DNA of 63,184 nucleotides, filler included, from Collodictyon triciliatum (taxonomy: Eukaryota): assembly GCA_043381765.1 (NCBI GenBank). It is 8 parts of 8 records of this genome, joined end to end, with 100 filler letters (N's around TTAATTAATTAA, not from the genome) between each part and the next. Parts side by side here need not be neighbours in the genome. Positions count along the whole stretch, not along the records: positions 27,090 to 36,017 come from JBHJMP010003227.1; positions 36,118 to 45,045 come from JBHJMP010003228.1; 6 more parts are not named here. One strand, written 5' to 3'. Shown here piece by piece: positions 27,230 through 41,460 of this stretch. The notes under the pieces were generated by a model. The model was not told the origin of the DNA, searched no databases, and saw only the letters and a program-made list of their open reading frames with translations. Position numbers and translations under genes: made by a program. Position 1 is the stretch's first letter; the number at the start of each line of letters is the position of its first letter.

Positions 27230-27975
27230 CTTACGACGCTCATATACAACATCCTTGAATCCAAACTCATCTCTCAAGTATATCATTCCTTGGTCAAACA
27301 TGTCTGTTGTTGTAATCCAGTCAAATTCCTTAGCCCTTGCCATGGCTGTCTATGAAATGGTCATTTGTGTGTTTTATTCTAGCGTATTTGAGAAATTAGA
27401 TATTTGTCACATGATTTGTGGGCAATAACGAAACTGGAAGAACTTATATGAAATGAACATATTATTACTTCAGGGGATTGGATTCGAATGAAGCGGCATT
27501 GGGGGTTGCTGGAATTAGTTCTTTTTAGATTCATCAGCCATTTCCAAAAAGGAGGGGCGCGTCCTTTGTGTTTCAAATCCCCCCGAATGTCGTAGAAATA
27601 TGACGAAATATGATGGTCTAATGGCTCTCGCACTATCGTAAAAAACCTATATTTATTACCTAGGTGCTGTGGTCAAATAATCAACAAATAATCAAAGACA
27701 TATGAATGATAACAATAATGTAAAAATTGCCCACAAAATCGAACGATGTGACGATTTTTTCAGATATAGTGTTAAATTCAATAAATTGGGACAACAGTAG
27801 GACCTATGCTTACTTTTTTTAAGCGATGATACTGATAATGACCGAATATGATGTCATATTTTCTAATTTTTTCAAATCCATCTTCTTCTTTGATAAACAC
27901 AGATTCCTGGTAATGTGGACATACTTTTAGCTCTGGGTGTTGCTCCTGTTAAATTAAACAGGAAAACAGTTGCAA

Positions 27976-28034
<59 letters not shown>

Positions 28035-28775
28035 GTGTGCATTAGTATTCAGATTCGCCCAATAAATAGAGAATAAAATTTTGCATGAGATTATATTGTC
28101 TATCGTCATCATTTCCATGTCGGCTGTGATTGACGAAAGTATAAAAGTGACCTTATTAATTTATGCTTTTTGTTTGTTTGTTTGTTTGTTTGTTTGTTTG
28201 TTTGTTTGTTTGTTTGTTTGTTTGTTTGTTTGTTTGTTTGTTTGTTTGTTTGTTTGTTTGTTTGTTTGTTTATGGCCTTTCTTTTCTTTTCTCACATTAT
28301 GAAAGGAATAGTGAAACCTTTATTATTATATTTTTTTATTATTATTTTTGTCTATTATGTCCCAGATTTGCATGAAAAAGGGAGGGTATATACCCCAAAC
28401 TTCAGCAGCACATGCCGCAGAGTTGTTCCGGCTGTTTTGGGTATGTGCACAAAAACTGTTCGGAGTCCTTTTCTTGATCTGACTGGTGGATATAGAGACA
28501 GACAATAAGCAAGGCAAAATACAAGCCGAATATTCCAGTAGGTCATTATCCGAAAGCTGAGAGGTACGCATGATACTAATAGGGGTAGGTGCTTCGTTAT
28601 CAACTACATTGGGATCTCACGAACCATTACCTTTGTCGGGCTCTCCATACTCTGGCCGCCCAATAACCTCCGATCCTGGTGTTTCCATGATCACAGATAT
28701 GTGATAAATTGTAATCATAAGAAAGAAAACTGAAAAGGCTAAGAGTCCCGAGAAGATTGGCATAGGCTTGGACAT
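27230..28775 (-). CDS. Golgi-type (type II membrane) sulfotransferase, 3' end missing
   Basis: N-terminal TM segment (MSKPMPIFSGLLAFSVFFLMITIY); 5'-PSB motif VFVHIPKTAGTT; 3'-PB motif FFTIVREPLDHHISSYFY. Confidence 0.8.
27976..28033. repeat. (AAT)n intronic microsatellite
   Basis: Direct inspection. Confidence 0.95.
28169..28271. repeat. (TTTG)n intronic microsatellite
   Basis: Direct inspection. Confidence 0.95.
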
Positions 28776-30437
28776 CCTATTCCTCTTAATCGTTCTGTGT
28801 GCCGGTCTCCTATTCCAAAACAGCCATTTTTAAAGCAGGCGTGACGAAAACATCTAGCCCTGATCTTTCTTCTTGGAGGCTTTATATGAAGAGAGAGACT
28901 GAACAGCCAGGAGTTATGGCCAGCAAAGAATAGTCTTTCACTCCCATATGTCTTGCTCCCATCCTTCTTTTTTATTTTCTCTTTTAACCCCTGCTCCTTT
29001 TATTTTTGTTTTCTGTTGTTGTTTTTTCTTGTTTCCTTTGGTGGTGGTTCGGGTTCTGTTGCGTGCCAACACCAACCAAATGCGAAATGAGGAAAACTAA
29101 ATGCGGAATATATCATTTATATAGTCATAATATATTAATACTGCATAATTAATCATCAATAAAAATTATTATTAGATATTAGTATTAATACTGCTAATAA
29201 AAATGTGAAGCTGGCTTCCTCCAAATATGCTACCCAATCTGCACATCTGTCGATTGCGACACGAGAAGCCAGGATTAAGAGCACCACTTCTTTTTCGATG
29301 TTATACAATATATTAAAGGTAAATATTAATTAATAAGAAATGCATAACTCTTCAATGTGGTAATTATACAATTGAATCATCATATCCAGATTTGATTATT
29401 TAACATTTGAGGATTCCCAATAGCCCATCGCCTCGCACATAACCACACACAAACAATTTCTACTTTTGACCTTTTTCCACGTATTCTCGAAGATTTCTCG
29501 TCTTTGACCACAAAAATAATTACCGTGGATCCTGAGATATAATCTACAAGTGCTCATCGCTCTTCTCGGTCACTTCATCATAAAGTTGCCCCGTCCGACT
29601 GAGCTGCGCGTCAAGAAAGATACATAAAGCCCTCCAAGAAGCGCTGTGCTGGCAAATACAGCAGGGTTGCGTTCGAGAGGGGGCTGCCTCTCCCTTCAAT
29701 GAGCCATTCGCTTCTTCAACGAACTACCTCAGAGTTTTCTACTTGAGACAAGCCCGCGATCCACGAGAGAAGAATGCATGAGGCTAACTTGCTCTGCGAG
29801 CCAAGCACCTTAAGCTGAATACCTATTCGGCTTTTTCCTTTCATGACTGTAGAGACTTCCAATATGCTATCCCGCTCCACTAGTGCCTTGTCGTTCTTGT
29901 TGTTCAATACCTCTTCCCACTTTTCCCTGTATTTTTGTAACGAGTGAAGGGGTGCTGAATACTGGTTCTTTTCTGTCCCCTACAGATCGCCAAGTTGTGC
30001 CGCTCGGACAAACTACCTCGAGGTCCTTTGCAGCAAATCCGATAACCAACACATCGGAAGGAGAAGTAGCCCAAGAAATTATATGCTGATTTCGAAATTG
30101 GCGTCGTTCAAAGTCAAACCCACAGCCCAGCATCGTCACTCTGAATACAAAACCCGCCAAAAGCCTTTACCCTCCTGACTACCCTAAAACATTCTTGGAA
30201 TATAACTGCTCCAAAGTTGCCGAGTACAACTTACCGTACAAATCGTAAGTGACGCTGAAAACACCCCGTCTCATCCTGCTTTCTCCGTATCATCACCGTT
30301 AATCATGCACTGCCTATACGGCGACTGGAAGTGGTGTTCCCATTCTTAACAAGTTTGAATCTACCTTCCCTAGGAGACTCTAAGACAAAAAATTTCAAGA
30401 GGAAAGCGAAGCCCTAAACAAACTCACTTCACGGAAA

Positions 30438-32184
30438 ATGGCTACCGTTAACATTGGAGGCGACTCACGTGATCCCAACTATCGCTACAAGATGCCTAAG
30501 ATGCAGACCAAAATAGAAGGACGAGGAAACGGCATCAAGACTGTTGTGGTGAATATGGAAGCGATCTCGAAGGCCCTCCACAGGCACCCTGACTGTATAC
30601 TTCACATCGACCTCATACCCCATCCTAACCACTCTTACATCTCCCATAACACAAACAGAGCTCCTTTCTTACGTTCTTAACTTTTCAGTACTCCAGTGGA
30701 GTCTAACCCAAGATTCATAATTTTCTTTCCTCAGTTACAACCAAATTCTTTGGAATCGAACAAGGCTCACTTACCCGCTACGATTCAAAGAACGGACAAG
30801 GTACTGTCAACGGCGAGAAAAGCCTTGCCCAAATGACTGCAACCCTGGATAAGTTCATTGAGAAGTTTGTCCTGTGCAAAAAGTGCCGCCTTCCGGAGAC
30901 AGACATTGTTGGTGGGAAGAAAGGCACTATATTCTTCCACTGCAACGCCTGCGGACACCATGTAGAAGGAGACTATACCCACAAGCTGACAAACTTCATT
31001 GCCACTCACGAATCCCTAAAGTATTTTTCCAAGCTCAAATCATACCCTTCTTTTTAATGCTGGCCATATCATATTTCTTCACGGAAAACCTTGTGATTGA
31101 CGTCCTTAATTCTGTGCTAGAGCAAAGAAGGGAAAGTCGACTGTCGAAGAAAGCCGTGCTAAATCAGTCTCTGGTGACCTCCCAGTCGACGCAGCTGCGT
31201 ATGTACTATTGTTCATTTCTCAGTGTAATAGTTAGTTGCAACCTATGGAAAACAATACCAAATGTTGTTTCTGACATGGGATTCGAATAACATAGTGGAA
31301 AATCTGAAGATACTACACAGCCTGATCCTGAGGCTGCTGACGACAATAGTGGTGAAGTCGCCGAAGGAATGGAGGGCCCCGTGAGATATTCTTCCTATTC
31401 CTTATGGTCCCCTTGATCCTGTGTGCCGTCTGGAGCTCCCCAGATCCAAACCTGAAAAATGTAAGAGATCGTATATACTCTACAGGAAATCGACGGGACT
31501 GAGATTGCTGACAATTTGGGAACTCAAGTGTTTAAGGAGCACTTTACTATTGAGAAACTTGGCCAGTTCACACAATGTGTGTCAGAGGCGAAGCCAAAGC
31601 TTAGCGACGCCCAGGGTGTCATTCCCGCCGATGTCCAGATTGGCTTCCTGATTGGGCTGGAGGAGATGTTTGAACAGAATTCCAGCTCGTTGCCCCACCT
31701 AGTAAGAGACTTTTCTAGACTCGCTCCTTTGCTTTATATGAAACTGCCACTCATTCTCCTCGGACACAGCCACAGTGCTATCCACACCGAAGGAGCTGTC
31801 TAAGTTGCAATTGCTTCCCATTCTTCTTGGAGCATCTTTTTTTCCCTTCCTTTTCCCCAAATGGCAATTCTAAAGGCCCTGTCCCCCCCTATTTTTTTTT
31901 AGCCCGGTATTTTACAGTATCTCTACAACGAGGACATCATTGAAGAGGACTCGTTCGTGTCATGGAAAGACCACAACTCCCGCTACGAGTCCGTCCTGGC
32001 CGCAGCAGAGGGTTTCTTCTCCTGGCTCCTGTGAGGACCTTTCACTTCCACAAGAAAAAAACATCTTGTATGCCCCAGCTCCGCTTACTCACGTACTATC
32101 CACTACCCTCATATTTGATATATATATATTTCAAACACACGCTGCAGGGAGGCTGAAGAAGATGAGGACGAGGAAGGCAACTAA
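30438..32184 (+). CDS. EIF5: Eukaryotic translation initiation factor 5, multi-exon
   Basis: DPNYRYKMPKMQTKIEGRGNGIKTVVVN; FIEKFVLCKKCRLPET...CNACG zinc finger; W2 domain LYNEDIIEED...FFSWLLEAEEDEDEE. Confidence 0.95.
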
Positions 32185-32794
32185 AACCACACTTGGCCCA
32201 CGCGCACCCGAGCATCCAACTCGAGACACAGCACAACACCACACTAAACTCCCATTCCTCATGACCAAGTGTCCCAAGAATTAGTCGCTTTATGAGCCGC
32301 CGCCTTCGGACGGGTGTGGCTGTGGCTGCTGTGGCTGTGGCTGCTGCCTCTGTTGGCCTGCTGGCGCCTACAAGCAAAATGGGTTGGTTTGGTTCCCCGT
32401 GGGAATGAGTCAGTGAGTGACTCGGCGGGAAGGCCCACAAACCATCGACAACTGGGCCGACCCGACACGTGCCTGGGAGGTTCTTCGCGGCAACGCAGCA
32501 ACGGCAGCAGTCTGGGGGGTTTCTGGGGTGGCAGAGAGCGGGGTGAGGAAAACAGAAGGGATGTGCTCGGCGCCCAGTCGGCTGCACCCGCTTCTCTTGC
32601 ACTGCAACATGTATGTCTCATCTTCCGAACGAGCGGTCCTCGCACCAATGCATTACCCAGAAGCAGGCGCTCTCCCGTGGACCGCACTTCCCTGCCACGG
32701 CGGCCATGAGACGCGATTAGGTGTGTCTGAAAATACACATGGATGGTCGTGTCTGTGGGGGGAGAAGGGCGGAGTACGCCACAGGGCGGGAAAT

Positions 32795-35700
32795 CTAAAT
32801 ACCGTACACTGCCCCGGCGGAGTCCTGGTGAGGCAGAGGCTGGAAGCTCTTTTTCTGTGCAAATGCAGGATATCAGAGAGGGTGGCGTTTTGGTGCGACT
32901 AACGGGTATGGTGGCCGTGCCAGACTGCGTACCCGGGTGGGGTTGTTGGCGCTGCCAGGTCCGCCCTTCTCGAATGTCAAGCGCATCTTTTCGTTGAGGT
33001 AGGTCGGGTCATACCGCTTCATTTGGATCTCCTTCTTGATCCTCTGGAGTGTCTCCGAGTCACCCTCGCTGCTCACACTCAGCTCTTCGCTGTGGTCGCA
33101 AGTGAGGATATGAAAGTGTGCAATGCAAGCAAGACACCAGACAGGAAAGCCAAGAAAATGAAAAAACGAAAACGAAACAGAAACGAAAAAGGGGCTCAAT
33201 TGATAGAAAGGGTTCGTAATGAAACATGATGCTGATTGGATGAATGTGGACACGTATTATAGGACATGTGACTGACAATACCCATCCACCGAAACTGTGG
33301 TAGACAGAGATAGAGGTGTCTTCTTCTGGCCCGACCTGGATAGCAAATCAGCTCCTGGATAGGTGAAAGGCAATCGTGGTAGTTTGTTAGTTACTTTAAG
33401 GGAGAAATCGAATATGTTATCCAGTCACATTTTACGGAGGTAGTTGATAAAGGTGTGCAAATTCGGTTTACTCTGCTCGGCACTAGTGGACAAGGTCTTT
33501 GATGATGCTGTTGATGTTGCGACCCGATTCTGTCTATCCTCGGCCTCGATACTTGGGAGGGGTTGGGAGTTCCCTTGGTCTAGTATGGGGACAGTTTCTT
33601 TTTTTCATTTTCTTGTATCTCAACTTGTGATTGTTACCTCAATATGGATAATTTGTCTACAAAAAGGGCACAGGCGTTGGGTCACGTAAATAGTTTCACC
33701 TCTCCCTTCAATGAGATAACGGAAATATAAAAACCGACTATAAGCTTTTTTTCTTCTTTTTCATGACCCACCAGCTCTTATTGGTAAGTTTACCCATAAC
33801 CTCTCGATGTAATCTGTCATCCAATTTTCTCGCTCACATATTTCCACAAGAATGCCGTTAAATCGGAATTGTAGAGACATCCCAAGAACTGATTATCGAG
33901 AATATTCATCTTATTAGGTGAAATAAGTAGACATTAATTAAACAGTGCAGTTTGTTTACAAGATTGTATCTTAAATACTACCAGGACGAAATCCAGGGTC
34001 GTTTTCAAATTTGATCTGAAAATCTCTGTTATTGCAGGGTTGCAGACACATAAATGAGCATAAATATCAAAGTCTTTTTTAAAATAATCATAATCATCAT
34101 CATAATAATACTAATAATAACCATAAAATTAAACAATCCCCTCACTAAAGAACAGCTATTCTTTGGGGGTTTTTTTTTTGTTCACGATGAACAAGGAAAT
34201 TGTTTTTTTTTTTTATTACATTGGTATTGATATTAACTTCATGAAACCTATTTGCAGGACAAACCTCTTCAAATTGCGTTCAGCATCACGCAAATTACTG
34301 ACCTGGAAACCTACGTTTAAGGGACATATGTATTCTCAACAAAGCGATACAATTCACCAAATTTATGTGTCAGAGATGCAACTATTTCACAAAATGTAAC
34401 AGGAAAGAATTTGATTTACCAAAACCCAAATATTCGCCATATGAATGGCTCACTTTCATGTGCTTATCAATGTTGGAAGAATAACATATGCTAAGAAAAA
34501 AAGAATAAATATATCACGCGAACTTAACAACTCAATTTCGATTTGAATAGGTAATACATGATATCGTCTATTCACCTTGGATTGAATAAACGATGCCCGT
34601 TAGCCAACCAATAAAAGTTTGTGTGACCTGAAAGGGATTTCAATAAGAAGTCGTAAAAAAATGGTCAAAATCATAGGTAAACCAATTTTATTATATAAAC
34701 CATACGTTCTGGGAACTCTTCAGAGTCAACAACAGAAAACCCTTTCTTTTCGGCCTTCGAACCCTTTTCTGCTAGAGTTTTGAAAGATGCAGCATCCAAT
34801 GTAGACAATCGTCTATTTTATTCATTGTCTTTAACAGACACTTTCATTTGTATTTGATATCATATGCTTCCTTGTCTTATTAGATAGATGCATTCTACAA
34901 GTGTAATTTTGCTGAAAAGACAGAACAGACACACTCTTTTTGAAATATAAATGCCTAACAAACCGAAGTCGAGGAGCCTGCGGAGCTATATTTTGATGTG
35001 ATGATGGCGCTGGGGTCTATACAATCATTTTTCTTAAATATATAACGATAAAACCTCAAGGAACCATATATTCACAATATCAGCTTTTTTTTTTTTAAAA
35101 AAAAAAAGGAATAAAAAAACAAAACCAAACAAGATTAGCATTGTGAAGCTAAAAATATAAAGATAAAGGAAACCTTTCCTGTTGGTGGATTCGGACCTCT
35201 AAATGCTTCCTTGTGTTCAGGCTCTTTTTATGTATCGAAATAGGAATAATAACCATTAACAATTTTCTTGAAGAGATTCGTTTTCTTCTTCAATGTCATG
35301 ATAAATATCTGGTACATTTACATCAATTCATTATAAAAATGATTACTGGAAAATATTTTTTGAAGATAATACACATCGTAATTAACATTGTCAGAGACTA
35401 GCATCACCCCAGCAACCTTGATATAGTATGCCTATAGAGAAAACAAACATAGTCTCGTTTGGATTAAGCATTTCATCATGAAGGTAGAGCAAGTTAATTT
35501 TTTTTTGATCCATGCTCAGTGTATTGTTATCACTTTAGCGATGGTTTTTTTTCTCGTAACACAAGGTCATACTATCCTGCTAGATGCAGACATTGGCGAA
35601 TTTATAAGTTCCTTGAGAGCTTGAAATTCTGGTGTCTGAACAAACTGAATGGCATACCCGTTTGGATCCTCTATCACAGCAACTTTTGTCCTATTTTAAA

Positions 35701-35987
35701 TTCAATTGATTAATCAATAAGTTACAGTGGATAAAATAAATATGTGGACAGTACATTTGATGTTTATTATGTCGATTTTTCTCTTAAATGATAAAATATC
35801 AACAGGATCGATGGGTTCGTATAATAAATGCTCGGTAAAGAAGGCATTTAAGCCTATAACCAAAGTACTTGTGGAACTCTGCAGGAGGGATTCTAACGGA
35901 ATATCCAGCAGAACGCATTAAATCCATTTCCTTTATGTGTGAATGAACAAAACAGACATCAGTTTCTAAAGATATTTTCTTTCTCAA
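32795..35987 (-). CDS. Multi-exon protein with a VOC/glyoxalase-like motif, 5' end missing
   Basis: EMDLMRSAGYSVRIPPAEFHKYFG|TKVAVIEDPNGYAIQFVQ resembles the VOC D-P-x-G-x-x-I motif; further GT-AG exons run down to KKSFQPLPHQDSAGAVYGI*. Exon chain only partly resolved. Confidence 0.45.
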
Positions 35988-36117
35988 AAAAAAAAAAAGA
36001 AAAAAAGAAAAAAAGAANNNNNNNNNNNNNNNNNNNNNNNNNNNNNNNNNNNNNNNNNNNNTTAATTAATTAANNNNNNNNNNNNNNNNNNNNNNNNNNN
36101 NNNNNNNNNNNNNNNNN

Positions 36118-36222
36118 GAAAAAGGAAAAAGGAAAAAGGAAAAAGGAAAAAGGAAAAAGGAAAAAGGAAAAAGGAAAAAGGAAAAAGGAAAAAGGAAAAA
36201 AGGAAAAAGGAAAAAGGAAAAA
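36118..36222. repeat. (GAAAAAG)n simple repeat
   Basis: Direct inspection. Confidence 0.95.
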
Positions 36223-36729
36223 GATAGGGGCGAAAATGTGGCTCGACATCTATTGTCTACGACACAATCATTTATTTACACACAGCCGAATATGAGGGAA
36301 CATAGACCAAAAGATTTCACCCTGCACGAATTGAAGCATTGAATATAACATCCCTCTGGCGAATACCTGTCAACTCCTCTGGGTGACTCTGCCCTTCCCC
36401 GATATCGCAATATTTCTCGCTCGCCCGCCCCACAACCTCAGCTCCGCGTGGCTGAGTCTACACCCAAGTTTTTCGCCCGAAATTGGGTATTGTGTCCTTG
36501 ACATCTAAATAAAAACAATGGCGTGGCTTCAACCCGCAACGTTAATACGTTCGGCACTTTGCAGTGTTCTACATTTGCAATACCGGATAGGACATCGCGG
36601 TCACCCCTCTTTCTCCAGACAGGCTGTGGGATGCTGGCTCCGATGGGCTTGTGAATACGTTTGTGATTGTGGCTCTGATTTTGATGAACGGTTTCTTTTC
36701 TGTTTGGACTGGTGGGCCGGGCTATGTTG

Positions 36730-36812
36730 ATGTTGTCTGGTATGGCTCATGGCATAACCTCGCTACACTTTGAATCGAATAAAGGATCAAAAAATGTTGT
36801 CTGGTATGGCTC
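36730..36812 (+). mobile_element. Micro-retroposon, family A, longest copy: 45-nt insert with perfect 19-bp TSD
   Basis: ATGTTGTCTGGTATGGCTC [ATGGCATAACCTCGCTACACTTTGAATCGAATAAAGGATCAAAAA] ATGTTGTCTGGTATGGCTC. Confidence 0.9.
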
Positions 36813-37038
36813 GATCAAAAGTCGATCATGCCCAAGGCAGGGCTCCTGCTTCCATGGAAACTTGGATGATACTTATTTTTCAGGGAAATGAAGTATCAAA
36901 GATAACACGTTGTACGTGAAGGAAAGCACAGCTGACTTTTTTTTTTTCCTGCCAATTTACTGAACATGATCCGTCATATCAAGGCCGCCTCGCTTATTTT
37001 TATTTTATATATTTAGATATATTTAATTATATTTAGAT

Positions 37039-39935
37039 ATGACGGTCTTGGGTAACTTCTCGCTTACAACGCCCTTAAAGAGCGCTTCCCTCCTAGTTTT
37101 CATGTTGGCTGGTTGTTGCTTTATGTCAGTTGTAAGTTTTATTCTGCATAACCACATGTATACTCATGTAATATAAGGACGAAATGAAACCTTGAACCGA
37201 CTTTGCCCAGTATTGGATGAATTGTAGCATGCGTGGCTATGCAAACATTTTTATGTTAACAATAATTTTTTGATTCAGATGTACATGGTGCAAATTATCG
37301 CTTTTTTTTTTTTTAACTGTGAGTAACCTAAAATACAAATCATATGGTTAAAGTGTGAATCCGTGCACAGAGCATACCCCCAAAAGATATGGGAGACTTT
37401 CGATATTTTGGCCAGTTTTGATGACTCTGTGGGGTAAGATACTGAAAAGAGATAATTATAAACATTCAATGAGACATCTAATATACTATTATTGTTATTA
37501 TACATTTTTGAGCTTTGTTCATCACCAACAGAGACGAGCAGATTGATTACAAAAAATATGGATTGATTGAAGGATCTTTTGACATAGTCGGATTTAAAGT
37601 GAGTTGTTATTTCGATAAACAGTAAGATATTTTATAGTCAAACACTTACTCTATTTTAAATGTATTTATTGGGAAACAATATACGCTGGTATAATTCCTG
37701 CTATAATTTCCCTAGGTCTACAATAGCCCAGATAATATCGTTTTCATATATGAAATGAATAATAGTCTGAATGCACAGAAGATATTACAAACTAGTGGAC
37801 TACAGCTTCAAATTTACATAGATGCGGATTTAATGTTTGATTGAAAATCATATACTTTAAAATTTTATCTCCAATAATATCAGCAAACAATATACTCAAT
37901 ATTTTTTAATGATGCAAAGTTATACATTATGGTTCAAAAAGTAGTCGTTCGTCGGTATTTTTTTCCTTTATTCGATTCAAAGACGCTCTTCGTTATTTTG
38001 AATTATTTTTACTCTTAGGTTTAAATCCGAAACAAGTCGGTCTTTATATGGCTCAAATTTTCAAATAAGTGATAAAATGTAATTTTCTGGATTAAATGTA
38101 AATCTAAAATACGTTATTGTATAATCAAACCACTTTTATACGCAGGGACTGGGAAATTGCTATCATCGGAGATGATTCAGGATTTCATGTAGAGATACCG
38201 AAGACGTCTTTACTTAACCATGAAGATGCGATATCAGAAATCCTAAAAACCACCGCGATTGGTTGCATTATTGAGGTAGTTTCCAATTTTTTTTTTTGCA
38301 AATTCCTCATATATAATTTATTTACTACAATTTATAATCGCAATAGATACTCGTACCAAAAATTTTGGTACAAAAACTGAAGGAAATTCAACCACCCGAT
38401 TCGTGGAGATATATTGTGGTTACTGGGCGACAAAATGAGGGAAAAATGATCACAACATGTGATAAGGTTATTCGATTATTTGGAGGTCTCTTCTATGGCG
38501 TTGGTTTCATATTCATGATGTATTTGGAAAGGATTTATTTGTAAAGCATATATTTGATTACCTCAAAAGGCCATAGATAATAAAGAAATATGGCACGCTG
38601 GTGTGATAGATTCTCTAGATTTCTACAACATATGCCAACCTAATGTAATTCATTGACATATTTTTTTACCTAGTTTTGATGTTAATGAAACATTTCTGCA
38701 ATATTTTTTAAACTAAAAATATTATACACATCACAGCTTATACAGACATGCCAAGAACAAACAACTATCCCATTCATTTCGAGGACTAAGCTGGCATATT
38801 TGCCCCTATATGAATCCTTTGATGCAATCGGCGATGAAATGTGGATTTACCCTACGAATATCGCTTTTAAAGAATGGGAAGATAAAAGAGGCCTATTCGA
38901 CCTTGTAACTTTTACTTCGTTTTTAAAATATTTTTTGAATATGCTTAAAACCTACGCTGGCTAGCGAACCAAAGCCAACATCTCCACCATCCTGCACAAA
39001 ATTGAAAGGAAGAATAAAAAAAATACTTAAAACATACGCGCCTTTCTTAACGATGTAGGTATATTTTCAAGTATCCACAGACTCTGTGTTCATTAGGTTC
39101 ACTTTTCAGATCAAAAATATGTATGCATCAGAGAAGAATGGTAAGGACTTCGTCCATATAGCGATGACTACTAATACTACTATTTGGTTGTGGAAATCCA
39201 TGCAAATCAATTTGAAAAATACCAGTTGATTACCACTCCAAAAATAATCAAGCAGAAGCAAAATCTATGAAATTGATACATTAAATTCAAGTGCACGGGT
39301 GTTTTTAACTTTTTTTCTTTTTTAAAGGATCACACCTGGTTTTACCGCAGGTGTACATAGATACAGACTCGTGCTTCGGTTGTGGAGAAGTCGATGGGCT
39401 TTTTAACTCAAATATACATTTTAACCCAATGCACGCATGGGAAATCTCTCTGAACTTTGATATTTCCAAAGGAATTGTCCATGTAAATGAGGAATACAAG
39501 ACTTTATTTTTGTAAATCGACATTTTATCCCTTCGCATCCCCTTTACATATGTCCATTTTATAATTTTACCTGTTTTTCTATGATTTGATCAGATAATTT
39601 TTGGAGAGACGAGTTATTCTTCCGGTGCAGTCGTTGTGCAAGAGGATTTCATTATAGGCTATGTGGCTATCGAAGAATTTTTCACAAAAAGTTTATTAGG
39701 TTATCTCGATTGGAATTACTCTGTTCTAATTGGCGCTACAAGTGGTTCGTAATATATAAATATAACAACATCTGCTACTCTCCTTTAGTAAAGTTTCTGC
39801 AGAGCTCTCTCATTCATCCTATTCGAATATTTCTCAAAAATTCTATTTTCGATAGATTCTCAAAATAATATTATTAGTATAAGTATTTTTTCCCTTTATT
39901 CGATTATTAGTGTAAGTATTAGTATTCGTACTAGT

Positions 39936-39973
<38 letters not shown>

Positions 39974-41382
39974 AGAAAGAGCTTGGCTATAATGATGAAA
40001 TTTTCCCTGATTTTTTTTAGGAGATTCTAATAATATGGATATTCGGTCGAAGCCGTCCGCTACGACTTTTGGGGGAGGCAGCGATGATGGACTATTGCCT
40101 AACATTATAGATGCTCTGATACCTCCAGGTCATACATAATTAAATCGACTTTGTTTTTCGAAATGGATGACTGATTTTATCCACTTATTTTTCTCAGGAA
40201 CCAGCCAAAATCACATATTTAGAGTATGTGTAGAGAACCCAGGGTCAATTTGTTACTCACCGATGGTGGGAAATAAGACAGATGTTTTGATGATCGACTT
40301 CATCTTTGAGGTGGTCGTCTATTCGTGAATTTTCATCCCTTTCCATTCTTTATAGTTTTATCTAAAAAGGGAGAAAGCGGGAAAAAGGCAAAGAGAAAAA
40401 ATAATTAAATAATAATTTTGAATGACATGAAGGATGATTACGATGATGAAATATGGATATATGACCTGGCATCTGGATATGCGCCTAAAGGTATTTTTTT
40501 TTTTTTTAATAATTCAATGATTCTTTTTCTCCCCTTTTTTTTCTAGCCAACATTTCCACCATCCTGCACAAAATTGAAACCAAGAATAAAAAAATTCAAT
40601 TTTTCTTCATAATTTAATAAAATTATATTGGATAAAAAATCGTGCTACATTTTTTTTTTATAAAAGGACTATTTGACTTGAGAATGATGTCTGTGCAGCA
40701 CACGACAGATAATATTTATATTGGGATTAAAATGAGCGGAATATCAAATATCATGCCTTCGAAAAATGACATTGGATCTTTGGGAGTTCAAATTTATATA
40801 GACAAAGACAGATTGATGAATTCAGGGTCAACGAAATCAATGTTTAACTCAAATTTCAGGATGAGCTCAAATTATGCATGGGATGCATTCATATTTGTCT
40901 CAGGGAATTCATCCATGTATTATACTTTTGCTGGTGGTCTCCCAAGACTTATTTACCAAGATTTTCCATTTCGTACATGCCAGTCTTCTTTCATTTTTTC
41001 TATTCCATTAAAACATGTCGGGTTACCGAAAAATATGTGGAATTTTGTGGTGGTCAGCGGGTTAACATCACCGTTTAATAAAAAAGTAAATGCATACCCT
41101 AGTTAACCAAAAACTAACAGAGAAATTTTGCACGAAAGATATAATAATAATTGATTCAATAAAGAACTTCGATGTGCCTGTATTTACATTTGGATATGTT
41201 TAGGACCAATTCGTACCTATACAAAGAGTTCCTGCAATTGTCACGCTCTCTGGTGCTCGTGCCAGCTCCGAATACTTTCCAAATATAGCTGATGTCCTAC
41301 TGCCTAAATCTGTGAACCAAACGCAGCTAGTTATGTCATACAAGCCAATCAGGTATAGTTTGATATATTTTATTACATGCTG

Positions 41383-41460
<78 letters not shown>

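Noticed and set aside
33645-33690. Minus-strand RLCPFCRQII suggesting a RING finger
   Set aside because: The upstream Cys/His ligands were not found and the segment may be intronic.
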